Assembly: GCA_964582635.1 (NCBI GenBank)
Contig: CAZOSO010000004.1
Span: 1-34,046, forward strand
Direction: 5' to 3'
DNA length: 34,046 nt
DNA from: an uncultured Weeksellaceae bacterium
Lineage (GTDB): Bacteria; Bacteroidota; Bacteroidia; Flavobacteriales_D; CAYVSK01
In this document: positions 16,361-24,658 of the stretch, one piece after another
Numbering within the stretch: the stretch's first letter is position 1
Layout of the letters: each line of letters begins with the position of its first letter
The notes under the pieces: model-generated
The model's input: the letters and a program-made list of their open reading frames with translations, nothing else
Told to the model about the DNA's origin: nothing
Databases searched by the model: none
Translations under genes and position numbers: made by a program

Positions 16361-17472
16361 CCAGGTATGTTCAACCCTTCTCCCCATGGATGGATCCGGG
16401 GAAGGTGCTCCGGGTACTGCTCCCGAAGAAAAGCGATCAAAGCTTCACGAAGGTCGCATTTAAGGTCCCACGCTTTGTCGGAATCTTCTGCACTAACGAC
16501 GGCTTTGACCCTCATGCTCTTTTCGTTGCTATCGACCACTTGCAAACGGCAGGCCTTACCGTCCCAATAAGCATGTCCCCGCACCCATTCCTGAAGTTTA
16601 GCCCGTAAAGGATCGATGGGCATCCTCGGGTCCAGATAAAGATCAACTTCCCCCATCAGATCCTCGCTATTCCGGGTCCAATTCTGAAAGGGGCGTTCGA
16701 TGAAATAAGAGATGGGGAGGACCATTCGTCTTTTATCCCATACTTTGACGACCACATAGGTAAGGGTGATCTCTTCGACGACCCCCCATTCCCCTTCAAC
16801 GATCACGGTATCGTCGATCTTGATCGGCTGGGTGAAAGCGATCTGAAAGCCGTGGATCAGGTTCCCGATGGTCTTTTGAGCGGCTAACCCGACCACGATC
16901 CCGATGATAGCAGTGGAGGTAAGAAGGGTGGTCCCTATTTTCTGAACCGATTCGAAGCTGAGGAGGATGGCAGCAGTTGCGAGGATCACGATCAAAACCC
17001 CCAGAGCCTTTTTCAGAAATTGGATCTGGGTGCGGATCCTCCTTTCCTTCAAATATTTATCCCGCCTCACCTTATAAGCCTGGAAAAAGACATCTTCAAA
17101 AACGTTCAGGGTTTTCAAGAGCAGCCAACCCAGGTTAAGGATGAGGAGCACCTGAAGGGTTTTCCCCAAACTGTATTCAAGGCTCGGGGACAGCTTCAGG
17201 TAACCTAGGCCCAAATAAAGAAGGAGCAGGGGTAGGAAGGTGCGCATCCGTCCCCCTAGGTGCGTGGTGATGGAATCCCTTATATATCGGGTGGTCCGCC
17301 CGAAGCGACGGATCAACAGGTAAAAGCCCAGTTGGGTCACAAGGACGCCGAGAAGCCCCGCAAGAACGAGGGCTATAAGGATCCTTCCGATATCCGGAAG
17401 CTCGTAAAAGGTGTCGAGTACCAAGGCAGGCATAAGCTTCGCATCATATCGGTTCCTTTTGCTTTTCGTCAC
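16354..17472 (-). CDS. Mechanosensitive ion channel family protein (MscS-like)
   Basis: There are four or more N-terminal TM helices. The conserved pore/beta-domain signature follows: TAIIGIVVGLAAQKTIGNLIHGFQIAFTQPIKIDDTVIVEGEWGVVEEITLTYVVVKVWDKRRMVLPISYF. The start at 17472 overlaps the MFS gene stop by 29 nt, and an internal Met at 17433 is an alternative start. Confidence 0.85.
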   Translation of the reverse strand: MTKSKRNRYDAKLMPALVLDTFYELPDIGRILIALVLAGLLGVLVTQLGFYLLIRRFGRTTRYIRDSITTHLGGRMRTFLPLLLLYLGLGYLKLSPSLEYSLGKTLQVLLILNLGWLLLKTLNVFEDVFFQAYKVRRDKYLKERRIRTQIQFLKKALGVLIVILATAAILLSFESVQKIGTTLLTSTAIIGIVVGLAAQKTIGNLIHGFQIAFTQPIKIDDTVIVEGEWGVVEEITLTYVVVKVWDKRRMVLPISYFIERPFQNWTRNSEDLMGEVDLYLDPRMPIDPLRAKLQEWVRGHAYWDGKACRLQVVDSNEKSMRVKAVVSAEDSDKAWDLKCDLREALIAFLREQYPEHLPRIHPWGEGLNIPGQ

Positions 17473-18775
17473 TTCCCCCGACCCCTTTCGAGGAAGCCCT
17501 CACATCACGGACCTGAAGTTCCTGAAGCGCGTTCCGGTAAAGGAACAAGGGAAGAGAAGCCAGCAGAATGGCCCCTCCCGAAATGCCATAAGCCCAAAGG
17601 ATCCCTTCGGCCCCTGTAAAAAAGGGGATGGCGAAAAGCCCTGTAAAAAGGGTCCGAAGCAATATGTTGAGGGCTTGGAACACACTATTGGTCCTTCCGA
17701 TCACCCCGTTGGGCACCCGTTCGAACAGATACGTGATCCGCATAACACGGGTTGCGGAATTCGCGGCCCCAAGAACCAGATTAAATCCCATGAAGACCCA
17801 AAAAGAACGGGTCCATGCACAAACGAGAAAGACAACCCCGGAGATAAGCATGGCACCACTAATAGCGGGAACGCTCGGGAAAAGACGCATCAGAGAGCGA
17901 ACCTTGACCCCGGCCCCGATGGCACCGAGGGCGAACAAGGCCTCCCCGATCCCATAAACATCGGCATCCATTCCCAAATGGGTGTCGATATAAACGGGCA
18001 TCAGAAAATAAGCCTGCACCAACACAAAGAGGAAGATGATAAAAGAGGCATTCCCGAATTGAAACAAAAGCGGATGGGCTTTTAAAAAGCGCACCCCGAC
18101 CCGAAGGCGTTCCCTCACCCCCCCTTTATCGATGATCCGCTCCTCCATCGGTCGATAGCGGATCGGAAAAAGGAAAAGAAGAACGACCCCATAGGCGATG
18201 CCGTCAAGGGCGAAGAGTTCTGGAAGGCTCCATGCCTCAAAGGAGAAGGGGGACCATTTGTGAAGGATGGGCGCCTCAGGGCCTGTACCCGCCAACAAAA
18301 TAGCAGCAACAGCGCTAGCGGTCATCCGGGTAGCCTGTCCCTGTACCTCGATCAGGGAATTGGTCTTCGCGTAGCGTCCTTTATCGGTGATCTCTTGGGC
18401 GAAGGCATAAAGGCTTGGGTAGTGGATGTTGAAATTGAAAACCGTTAGGGTAAAGCCGAGGCAGATGAGCACCAACGGAATTTCCCCGACCCCTTGGCCA
18501 TAGAGAGCGATCCCCCCGATGGCAGCACCGGCCACGAAGTTGAGCCCGATAAGCACGTTCTTCCGGGAAAATCGATCGATAAGGGTCCCGGAATAAAGGC
18601 TCCAAAAGAGGGTGGCAAAGGTGACGATAGCGAACAGCCATCCGAAAAGGTCCGGCCTTCCCAGACGATCGGTAAAATGCCACGGTATGGCCAACATTAA
18701 AATGCCGTGGGCGAATTCGGCCACAACATTGGACCCTAACAAAAGAAAAAGCGCGGATCGGTTCGGGTGGCTCAT
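17444..18775 (-). CDS. MFS transporter
   Basis: This 443-aa protein is hydrophobic throughout with ~12 predicted TM helices. It has the MFS-type loop motif GTLIDRFSRKNVL (G..aDR..rk) between TM2 and TM3. The substrate is unknown. Confidence 0.8.
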   Translation of the reverse strand: MSHPNRSALFLLLGSNVVAEFAHGILMLAIPWHFTDRLGRPDLFGWLFAIVTFATLFWSLYSGTLIDRFSRKNVLIGLNFVAGAAIGGIALYGQGVGEIPLVLICLGFTLTVFNFNIHYPSLYAFAQEITDKGRYAKTNSLIEVQGQATRMTASAVAAILLAGTGPEAPILHKWSPFSFEAWSLPELFALDGIAYGVVLLFLFPIRYRPMEERIIDKGGVRERLRVGVRFLKAHPLLFQFGNASFIIFLFVLVQAYFLMPVYIDTHLGMDADVYGIGEALFALGAIGAGVKVRSLMRLFPSVPAISGAMLISGVVFLVCAWTRSFWVFMGFNLVLGAANSATRVMRITYLFERVPNGVIGRTNSVFQALNILLRTLFTGLFAIPFFTGAEGILWAYGISGGAILLASLPLFLYRNALQELQVRDVRASSKGVGGSDEKQKEPI

Positions 18776-18825
18776 TCGGGCCGGATCTACGAAATTTCGG
18801 GCGGCGAAGGTACTTTCTTTGTTAA

Positions 18826-18841
18826 TGTTCCACGTGGAACA
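18826..18841. promoter_or_regulatory. parS (ParB/Spo0J binding site), second copy, TGTTCCACGTGGAACA
   Basis: The same 18-mer ATGTTCCACGTGGAACAT (18825-18842) occurs as at 11246-11263. It lies in the 65-bp divergent intergenic region between the MFS gene and recX. Its last bases overlap the recX ATG (18841-18843). Confidence 0.85.
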
Positions 18842-19356
18842 TGGAAGAAGATCGATCGAAATATTACGATAAAGCGCGCAAGATCTGCGCTCAGCAGGAG
18901 TCCAGCAAAACGGAGCTCTTTAGGAAACTCCGCCAAAAGCAATGTCCCACGGATCTGGCGGAAGAATTGACGGCGCAAATGGAAGAAGAAGGGTACATCG
19001 ATGAGGATCGTTTTGCGATGGAGTACGTCCGCTCCAAATCGGAAGGGAAGGAATGGGGCCGCTTGCGGATCCAACAAGGGCTCAAGGAGAAGGGATTGGA
19101 GGAAGGGACCATCGACCGTGCGATGGATGCTTTAACACCCGAACAGGAGGAAAAAACCCTTAAAAAATTCTTGGCCAAGAAATGGGCGGAGGAACTTCAA
19201 AAGGGAAAGGATAAACCCAGGGATAAAACCATCGCAGCGGCGGAACGCAAAGGGCACCCCCTCCCCAAGATCCTGGAATTGATGGAAAAGGTCTCAGGAC
19301 CGGATGGCTTCGACCGGATCCATGGTGGAGGCGACAAAGGCGGGGAAGAAACCTGA
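18841..19356 (+). CDS. recX: Regulatory protein RecX
   Basis: It shows three-helix RecX repeats: YYDKARKICAQQESSKTELFRKL...LAEELTAQMEEEGYIDEDRFAMEYVRSK...WGRLRIQQGLKEKGLEEGTIDRAMDAL. The last 21 codons overlap the 3' end of the convergent permease gene. Confidence 0.75.
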   Translation: MEEDRSKYYDKARKICAQQESSKTELFRKLRQKQCPTDLAEELTAQMEEEGYIDEDRFAMEYVRSKSEGKEWGRLRIQQGLKEKGLEEGTIDRAMDALTPEQEEKTLKKFLAKKWAEELQKGKDKPRDKTIAAAERKGHPLPKILELMEKVSGPDGFDRIHGGGDKGGEET

Positions 19357-20535
19357 AAGAACACCGATCACGGCGGAGACGCCGACCCCCAAAAGAATGT
19401 TCTTCAGCGAAAGAAGAATGGGGGTGCCGATCAAGGCCCCGACCGGAAGTCCGATCAGGAAGACCAGAAGAAGCCCGACCCCACCCCCGATCAGACAGAG
19501 AAAGACCGATTCAAAAAGAAATTGGGAGAGGATCGCGCCCCGCTTGGCCCCTAAAGCCTTCTGAACACCGATCTGGGAAGTGCGTTCTTTCACGCTCACG
19601 AACATGATATTGGCGATGCTGAAACCCCCGACGAGGATGGAAAAAAGACCGATCAAAGCACCTGCGATATCCACCCGTGCAAAAAGTTGGTTCAAATTCT
19701 CCGAAACCAAGCTAGGGGAGTTCAAAGCAAAATCGTCATCCCTCCTGGGAGGAGTACGACGAATGGAACGCATCGCCCCCCGAACTTCAGCTTTAAGGGC
19801 TTCTTGGTCGATCTTTGCGCCGGCTTTGACCATAATGCTCCGCTCAAGGCCATCGAGGGAAAAGATCTTGGTCCCGAAATGGTAGGGGAGCAGGACGGTA
19901 TTGTCCATACTGAAGCCGATCAGGCTCTGGCCTTCTTTTTCGATGACCCCGATCACGCGGACCCTTTGCCCTCTGATCTTAACCGCCTTTCCGAGGGAGT
20001 TGCCCCGAGGAAAGAGATTTTCTGCAACACCGGCCCCTAAAACGACAACGTTCCTTCCAGCCCGACATTCGAGCGGAGAAAGGTAGCGCCCCTTATCAAG
20101 ATCGATGCTCCGCACCGAACCGAATCCATGCGTCACAGAACGAATGGAAACCCGTTGGACACTGTTGTTCTTCCGATGGACCTTATCGGTGGACTGCCCC
20201 ATAAAAGCCATCGGCCGATCTCCGGGCAAACGCTTCTTTAAACGCTCAAATTCCCTGTACTTGGGCTGAGGTCGTTTCAAATATTCCCACCATTCATATT
20301 CACCTTCCCCAGGGCCCCAAGGCCACTTTTGAACAAAGACCACGTTCTCCCCCAAAGCCTTCACGCTTTGCTGCAAATTCCGCTCGAGCGTATCGACAAG
20401 GGTGAAAACAGCTATAATGGCAAAGATCCCGATAGTGATCCCTAAAAGGGAAAGGGAAGTGCGAAGCCGATCCCCCTTCAGGGCTCTCCAGCCCATTCGA
20501 GCACTTTCCAATATTGGGCGTATTCTGCGCCTCAT
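19294..20535 (-). CDS. ABC transporter permease, MacB/FtsX family
   Basis: TM1 (LSLLGITIGIFAIIAVF) is followed by a ~230-aa periplasmic MacB_PCD-like domain. The FtsX domain follows, with the conserved VKERTSQIGVQKALGAKRGAILSQFLFESV and the C-terminal end FFPAFVASTMDPVEAIRS. No ATPase partner gene is present in the window. Confidence 0.85.
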   Translation of the reverse strand: MRRRIRPILESARMGWRALKGDRLRTSLSLLGITIGIFAIIAVFTLVDTLERNLQQSVKALGENVVFVQKWPWGPGEGEYEWWEYLKRPQPKYREFERLKKRLPGDRPMAFMGQSTDKVHRKNNSVQRVSIRSVTHGFGSVRSIDLDKGRYLSPLECRAGRNVVVLGAGVAENLFPRGNSLGKAVKIRGQRVRVIGVIEKEGQSLIGFSMDNTVLLPYHFGTKIFSLDGLERSIMVKAGAKIDQEALKAEVRGAMRSIRRTPPRRDDDFALNSPSLVSENLNQLFARVDIAGALIGLFSILVGGFSIANIMFVSVKERTSQIGVQKALGAKRGAILSQFLFESVFLCLIGGGVGLLLVFLIGLPVGALIGTPILLSLKNILLGVGVSAVIGVLSGFFPAFVASTMDPVEAIRS

Positions 20536-20595
20536 GCCCCTCGAAGAAAAGAATTTTAATAAAAGCTGTCCCCGAGAACTTCCTAGCCTCCGGGG

Positions 20596-20626
20596 TTGCT
20601 AGTTACCCGGGATATTGCTAAAATTG
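20596..20626 (+). promoter_or_regulatory. Candidate Bacteroidota promoter for purH-mre operon (TTG-N20-TAAAATTG)
   Basis: There is a TTG at 20596-20598 and TAAAATTG at 20619-20626. The latter has one mismatch to TAnnTTTG and is separated from the TTG by 20 nt. It lies 47 bp upstream of the purH ATG. This is a motif match only. Confidence 0.25.
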
Positions 20627-20672
20627 CATGTAGAGCGGAACCCGAACTTTTCTCATCGTACCCCCCGACCCC

Positions 20673-22241
20673 ATGGAAAACTCCGGAAAAACGGAAAAAA
20701 GTCCCCTAAAAGAGAAAGAGGACAGCATCAAGATCAAAAGTGCCCTTATAGCGGTTTTCCACAAAAAAGGGATCGAACCGCTCGTCCAAAAACTTCACGA
20801 ACTAGGGGTCCAGCTCTACTCCACAGGAGGAACCCACGATCACATAAGATCATTGGATATCCCGGTCCGCTCGGTGGAAGGCCTAACTTCCTTCCCGTCC
20901 ATTTTCGGGGGGCGGGTAAAAACCCTACACCCCAAGGTTTTCGGAGGAATCCTAGCTCGAAGAGAGGAGGAAACGGATAGCGAACAATTGGAGGATTATC
21001 ACATCCCCGAGATCGATCTGGTGGTCGTCGACCTTTACCCCTTTGAAGAAACGGTCAAGGATGGAGGTTCGGAGCAAGAGATCATCGAACGGATCGATGT
21101 GGGGGGAACCGCTTTGATCCGGGCAGCGGCCAAGAATTTTGAAAACGTCCTCGTCGTCCCCTCCAGAGAGGATTACCCGGCCCTTATGGAGCTCCTTTCG
21201 GAGAAAAAAGGGGAGGTGGATCGCTCGGAACGAAAAGCTTTTGCCCAAAGAGCCTTTTACGTTTCATCCCATTACGACACCCAGATCGCCGATTTTTTCG
21301 ACCCGGAAGGCCAGGAATTCCGCAAAAGTTTCAGGCCCAAACACGAACTCCGATACGGAGAGAACCCCCACCAAAAAGGGGCGTTTTACGGAGACTTCGA
21401 TGATGCCTTTGAACAACTCAATGGAAAATCCCTTTCCTATAACAACTTGCTGGACCTGGATGCGGCCACTCGACTGATCCGGGAGTTCAAGGAGGAAAAC
21501 CCCACTTTTGCCGTTATCAAGCACAACAACCCCTGTGGGGTCGCGATCCGAACGAGCGTTCAAGAAGCATGGGAAGCAGCTAAAGCCGGGGATCCGGTCT
21601 CTGCTTTCGGAGGGATCCTGATCAGCAACACGAAGATCGATCGAGCCACAGCTGAAGCGATCACAGAGCTCTTCTTTGAGCTCCTTATCGCTCCCGCTTA
21701 CGAAGAGGATGCGTTGGAGATCCTTCGTTCGAAAAAGAAACGGATCGTCCTTGAACAGAAAAAAGACCCCGTCCAAAAGGAGCATTTTCGCACCGCATTG
21801 AACGGAGTCCTTTCCCAGGACAGCGATGAAGCCAAGGAAAGGGGGGAAGACCTTCGAACGGTCACCCAAAAGGAAGCTACGGAGAAAGAGGTCCGGGACC
21901 TTCTTTTTGCCAATTCGATCGCCAAACACACCCGTTCAAATACGATCGTCCTGGCCAAAGACCAACAGCTGGTCGGAAGCGGAACAGGGCAAACTTCCAG
22001 GGTCGATGCCTTGAAGCATGCGGTCCAAAAAGCGGGAGCTTTCGGGTTCGATCTGAACGGGGCCGTAATGGCTTCGGATGCTTTCTTCCCTTTCCCGGAT
22101 TGCGTCGATATTGCCCATGAAGCGGGCATTTCCGCTGTTATCCAACCCGGCGGCTCGGTCAAGGACCAGGATTCCATCGATCATTGCGATACCTATGGAA
22201 TGGCCATGGTGATGACCGGAACAAGACATTTCAAACACTGA
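20673..22241 (+). CDS. purH: Bifunctional AICAR formyltransferase / IMP cyclohydrolase PurH
   Basis: The MGS-like N-domain is IKSALIAVFHKKGIEPLVQKLHELGVQLYSTGGT..GRVKTLHPKVFGGILARR. The AICARFT domain is YGENPHQKGAFY..NNLLDLDAA..FAVIKHNNPCGVA..FGGI. The C-terminus is AVIQPGGSVKDQDSIDHCD..GMAMVMTGTRHFKH. Confidence 0.95.
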   Translation: MENSGKTEKSPLKEKEDSIKIKSALIAVFHKKGIEPLVQKLHELGVQLYSTGGTHDHIRSLDIPVRSVEGLTSFPSIFGGRVKTLHPKVFGGILARREEETDSEQLEDYHIPEIDLVVVDLYPFEETVKDGGSEQEIIERIDVGGTALIRAAAKNFENVLVVPSREDYPALMELLSEKKGEVDRSERKAFAQRAFYVSSHYDTQIADFFDPEGQEFRKSFRPKHELRYGENPHQKGAFYGDFDDAFEQLNGKSLSYNNLLDLDAATRLIREFKEENPTFAVIKHNNPCGVAIRTSVQEAWEAAKAGDPVSAFGGILISNTKIDRATAEAITELFFELLIAPAYEEDALEILRSKKKRIVLEQKKDPVQKEHFRTALNGVLSQDSDEAKERGEDLRTVTQKEATEKEVRDLLFANSIAKHTRSNTIVLAKDQQLVGSGTGQTSRVDALKHAVQKAGAFGFDLNGAVMASDAFFPFPDCVDIAHEAGISAVIQPGGSVKDQDSIDHCDTYGMAMVMTGTRHFKH

Positions 22242-22248
22242 TAAAAGT

Positions 22249-23274
22249 ATGGGCCTATTCGACTTCCTCACCAAAGAGATCGCGATCGATCTGGGAACCG
22301 CGAACACGCTGATCATTTACAATGATAAGGTGGTGATCGACGACCCCTCGATCGTAGCGGTGGACCGCCAAACCGGAAAAGTGATCGCAGTGGGGAAGGA
22401 GGCCCAACTGATGCACGGTAAGACCCATGAGAACATCAAGACGGTAAGGCCCCTAAAAGACGGTGTCATCGCCGATTTTCATGCCGCGGAACACATGATC
22501 CGGGGCATGATCAAAAAGATCAAGCAGAACAAAAGCCTTTTTGCACCGACCGTCCGAATGGTGATCTGCATTCCCTCCGGTATTACGGAGGTCGAAAAAC
22601 GAGCGGTACGGGATTCGGCGGAACACGCAGGGGCCAAGGATGTTTACCTGATCCACGAACCGATGGCAGCAGCCGTTGGAATAGGGATCGACGTGGGAGA
22701 GCCCACTGGAAATATGATCATCGATATCGGAGGAGGAACATCGGAGATCGCGGTGATAGCCCTTGGAGGTATCGTGTGCGATAAATCGATCCGCGTGGCA
22801 GGGGACGATTTCACCCGCGACATCGAGGAATACATGCGACGCCAACACAACATCCTTATCGGGGAACGAACGGCGGAAAAGATCAAGATCGAGGTCGGTT
22901 CGGCCCTCCCGGAATTGGATGATCCACCTCCCGATTATGCGGTCCGGGGAAGGGATCTGATGACCGGCGTCCCCAAGGAGATCAACGTGAATTACGTGGA
23001 GATCGCTCATGCCCTCGATAAGTCGATCACCAAGATCGAGGAAGCGATCTTGAGCGCCCTGGAGATGACCCCACCGGAACTCAGCGCGGATATCTACAAA
23101 ACCGGCATTTACCTCGTAGGAGGGGGTTCTATGCTCCGGGGATTGGACAAACGGATCGGGATCAAAACAAAATTACCGGTCCATATAGCCGACGACCCCC
23201 TAAGAGCAGTGGCAAGAGGGACCGGCATCGCTTTGAAGAACATCGATAATTTTCAATTCCTGATCCGGGACTGA
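22249..23274 (+). CDS. mreB: Rod shape-determining protein MreB
   Basis: The sequence IAIDLGTANTLIY.., VRPLKDGVIADF, ICIPSGITEVEKRAVRDSAEHAGAKDVYLIHEPMAAAVGIG and MIIDIGGGTSEIAVI..GI is a complete actin-fold MreB signature. It lies 7 bp after purH. Confidence 0.95.
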   Translation: MGLFDFLTKEIAIDLGTANTLIIYNDKVVIDDPSIVAVDRQTGKVIAVGKEAQLMHGKTHENIKTVRPLKDGVIADFHAAEHMIRGMIKKIKQNKSLFAPTVRMVICIPSGITEVEKRAVRDSAEHAGAKDVYLIHEPMAAAVGIGIDVGEPTGNMIIDIGGGTSEIAVIALGGIVCDKSIRVAGDDFTRDIEEYMRRQHNILIGERTAEKIKIEVGSALPELDDPPPDYAVRGRDLMTGVPKEINVNYVEIAHALDKSITKIEEAILSALEMTPPELSADIYKTGIYLVGGGSMLRGLDKRIGIKTKLPVHIADDPLRAVARGTGIALKNIDNFQFLIRD

Positions 23275-23310
23275 ACCTTAATTTTAAAAGACCCGGCAGG
23301 ATGAAGGCCC

Positions 23311-24144
23311 ATGCGCAATTTATTCCGTTTCATCGCGACCTATCGCTTGGCTTTCCTCTTCATCCTGTTACAGATCTGTTCGTTCACCCTCCTCTTTCGT
23401 TCCAATAGCTATCACAATGCGGTCTTTTTCCACTCGGCCCAGCATTGGATCGGAACAGCTTATGAATGGCAGACTTCGGCGACCCAATATTTCCAACTGA
23501 AGAAGGAGAACGAAAAGCTCGCAAAGGAGAACGCCAGGCTCCGCAAGAAACTCCTCCGTTACCAGGAGGACCCCGACTTTCGGATAGGGTCGGAAATGGA
23601 CAGTGCTCAAAGAGCACGCTATCGGATCGTTCAGGCAAGGGTCATCAATAGCACGATCCATCGCCGGAACAATCACCTTACGATCGATCGGGGTGGAAAA
23701 GGAGGGGTGAAGAGGGATATGGGGGTGGTGGGACCTGAAGGGATCGTCGGAGTGGTACGGAATGTATCGTCCCACTTTGCGACCGTCCTCCCGGTCCTCA
23801 ACAGCAATTTCCGAGCGAGTGTGAAATTAAAACGGACCGGTCATATCGGCCTTTTGGAATGGAACGGAAGAGGACCCCGAAAAGCAAGAATGGTGGATGT
23901 GGCCCAACACGTTAAGGTCCGAAAAAGGGATAGTGTCGTAACGCGAGGAGCATCTTCGATCTTTCCCCCGGGAGTCCCGGTCGGAAAAGTGGAAAAAGTA
24001 GAAACCGATCCGGCCGAGAACTATCATCGGATCGATCTGGAACTGTTCACGGATTTCAGCAAGCTCCATCACGTGTATGTGATCGAGCATCTCCTCAAGG
24101 AGGAAAAGGACAGCTTAGAGCAAAACGAGGAGTATGTTCGGTGA
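23311..24144 (+). CDS. mreC: Rod shape-determining protein MreC
   Basis: It has an N-terminal TM anchor, a coiled-coil (LKKENEKLAKENARLRKKL), then beta-barrel domains with GGKGGVKRDMGVVGPEGIVGVVRNVSSHFATVLPV and VVTRGASSIFPPGVPVGKV. Its position between mreB and mreD supports the call. Confidence 0.85.
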   Translation: MRNLFRFIATYRLAFLFILLQICSFTLLFRSNSYHNAVFFHSAQHWIGTAYEWQTSATQYFQLKKENEKLAKENARLRKKLLRYQEDPDFRIGSEMDSAQRARYRIVQARVINSTIHRRNNHLTIDRGGKGGVKRDMGVVGPEGIVGVVRNVSSHFATVLPVLNSNFRASVKLKRTGHIGLLEWNGRGPRKARMVDVAQHVKVRKRDSVVTRGASSIFPPGVPVGKVEKVETDPAENYHRIDLELFTDFSKLHHVYVIEHLLKEEKDSLEQNEEYVR

Positions 24145-24658
24145 GTTCGTTAGCAACATCTTTCGCCTGGCGATCCTGATCCTTCTTCAGGCTCTGGTCC
24201 TCGATAATTGGACTTTGGACATCGGGATCCAACCCTACCTCTACATTCTTTTCATCCTGGCCCTCCCATTCGAAACACCACCATGGGCAGTTCTTATACT
24301 GGGTTTCGTGGCCGGTATCACCATGGACGCTTTTGAGAACACCGAAGGCATGCATGCTTCAGCCCTCACCTTGATGGCCTATATAAGAAGGCCCCTTCTG
24401 GCCCAACTGGCTCCAAGGGATGGATATGAAAGCGGGACCAAACCCCGAATAAAGGACATGGGTTTCACATGGTATTTCCGTTATGCAGCTATTCTTACTT
24501 TGATCCACCACGTATGGCTTATAGGATTGGACCATTTCCGCATCGATGAGACCCATATCATTCTTTTCAAAGGGATCCTGAGCGGCATTTTCACCCTGGT
24601 TCTGATCATTCTTTATCAATACCTGATCCATGGTTCACCAAGGCGGGGACGCCGATGA
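24134..24658 (+). CDS. mreD: Rod shape-determining protein MreD
   Basis: This 174-aa polytopic membrane protein overlaps the mreC stop by 11 nt and the mrdA start by 4 nt (ATGA). The call rests on canonical position and size plus a hydrophobic profile, because the family is poorly conserved. Confidence 0.7.
   Translation: MFGEFVSNIFRLAILILLQALVLDNWTLDIGIQPYLYILFILALPFETPPWAVLILGFVAGITMDAFENTEGMHASALTLMAYIRRPLLAQLAPRDGYESGTKPRIKDMGFTWYFRYAAILTLIHHVWLIGLDHFRIDETHIILFKGILSGIFTLVLIILYQYLIHGSPRRGRR

Noticed and set aside
20615-20980. A 121-aa arginine/proline/lysine-rich ORF overlapping the purH start region. Short 'MFHVEH...' and '...VPRGT...' ORFs at 11246..11452, 11155..11382 and 18612..18872 were also considered.
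   Set aside because: The first is an out-of-frame shadow of purH with no motifs. The others are generated by the parS palindrome itself, because GTTCCACGTGGAAC reads FHVE/VPRGT. They overlap well-supported genes.
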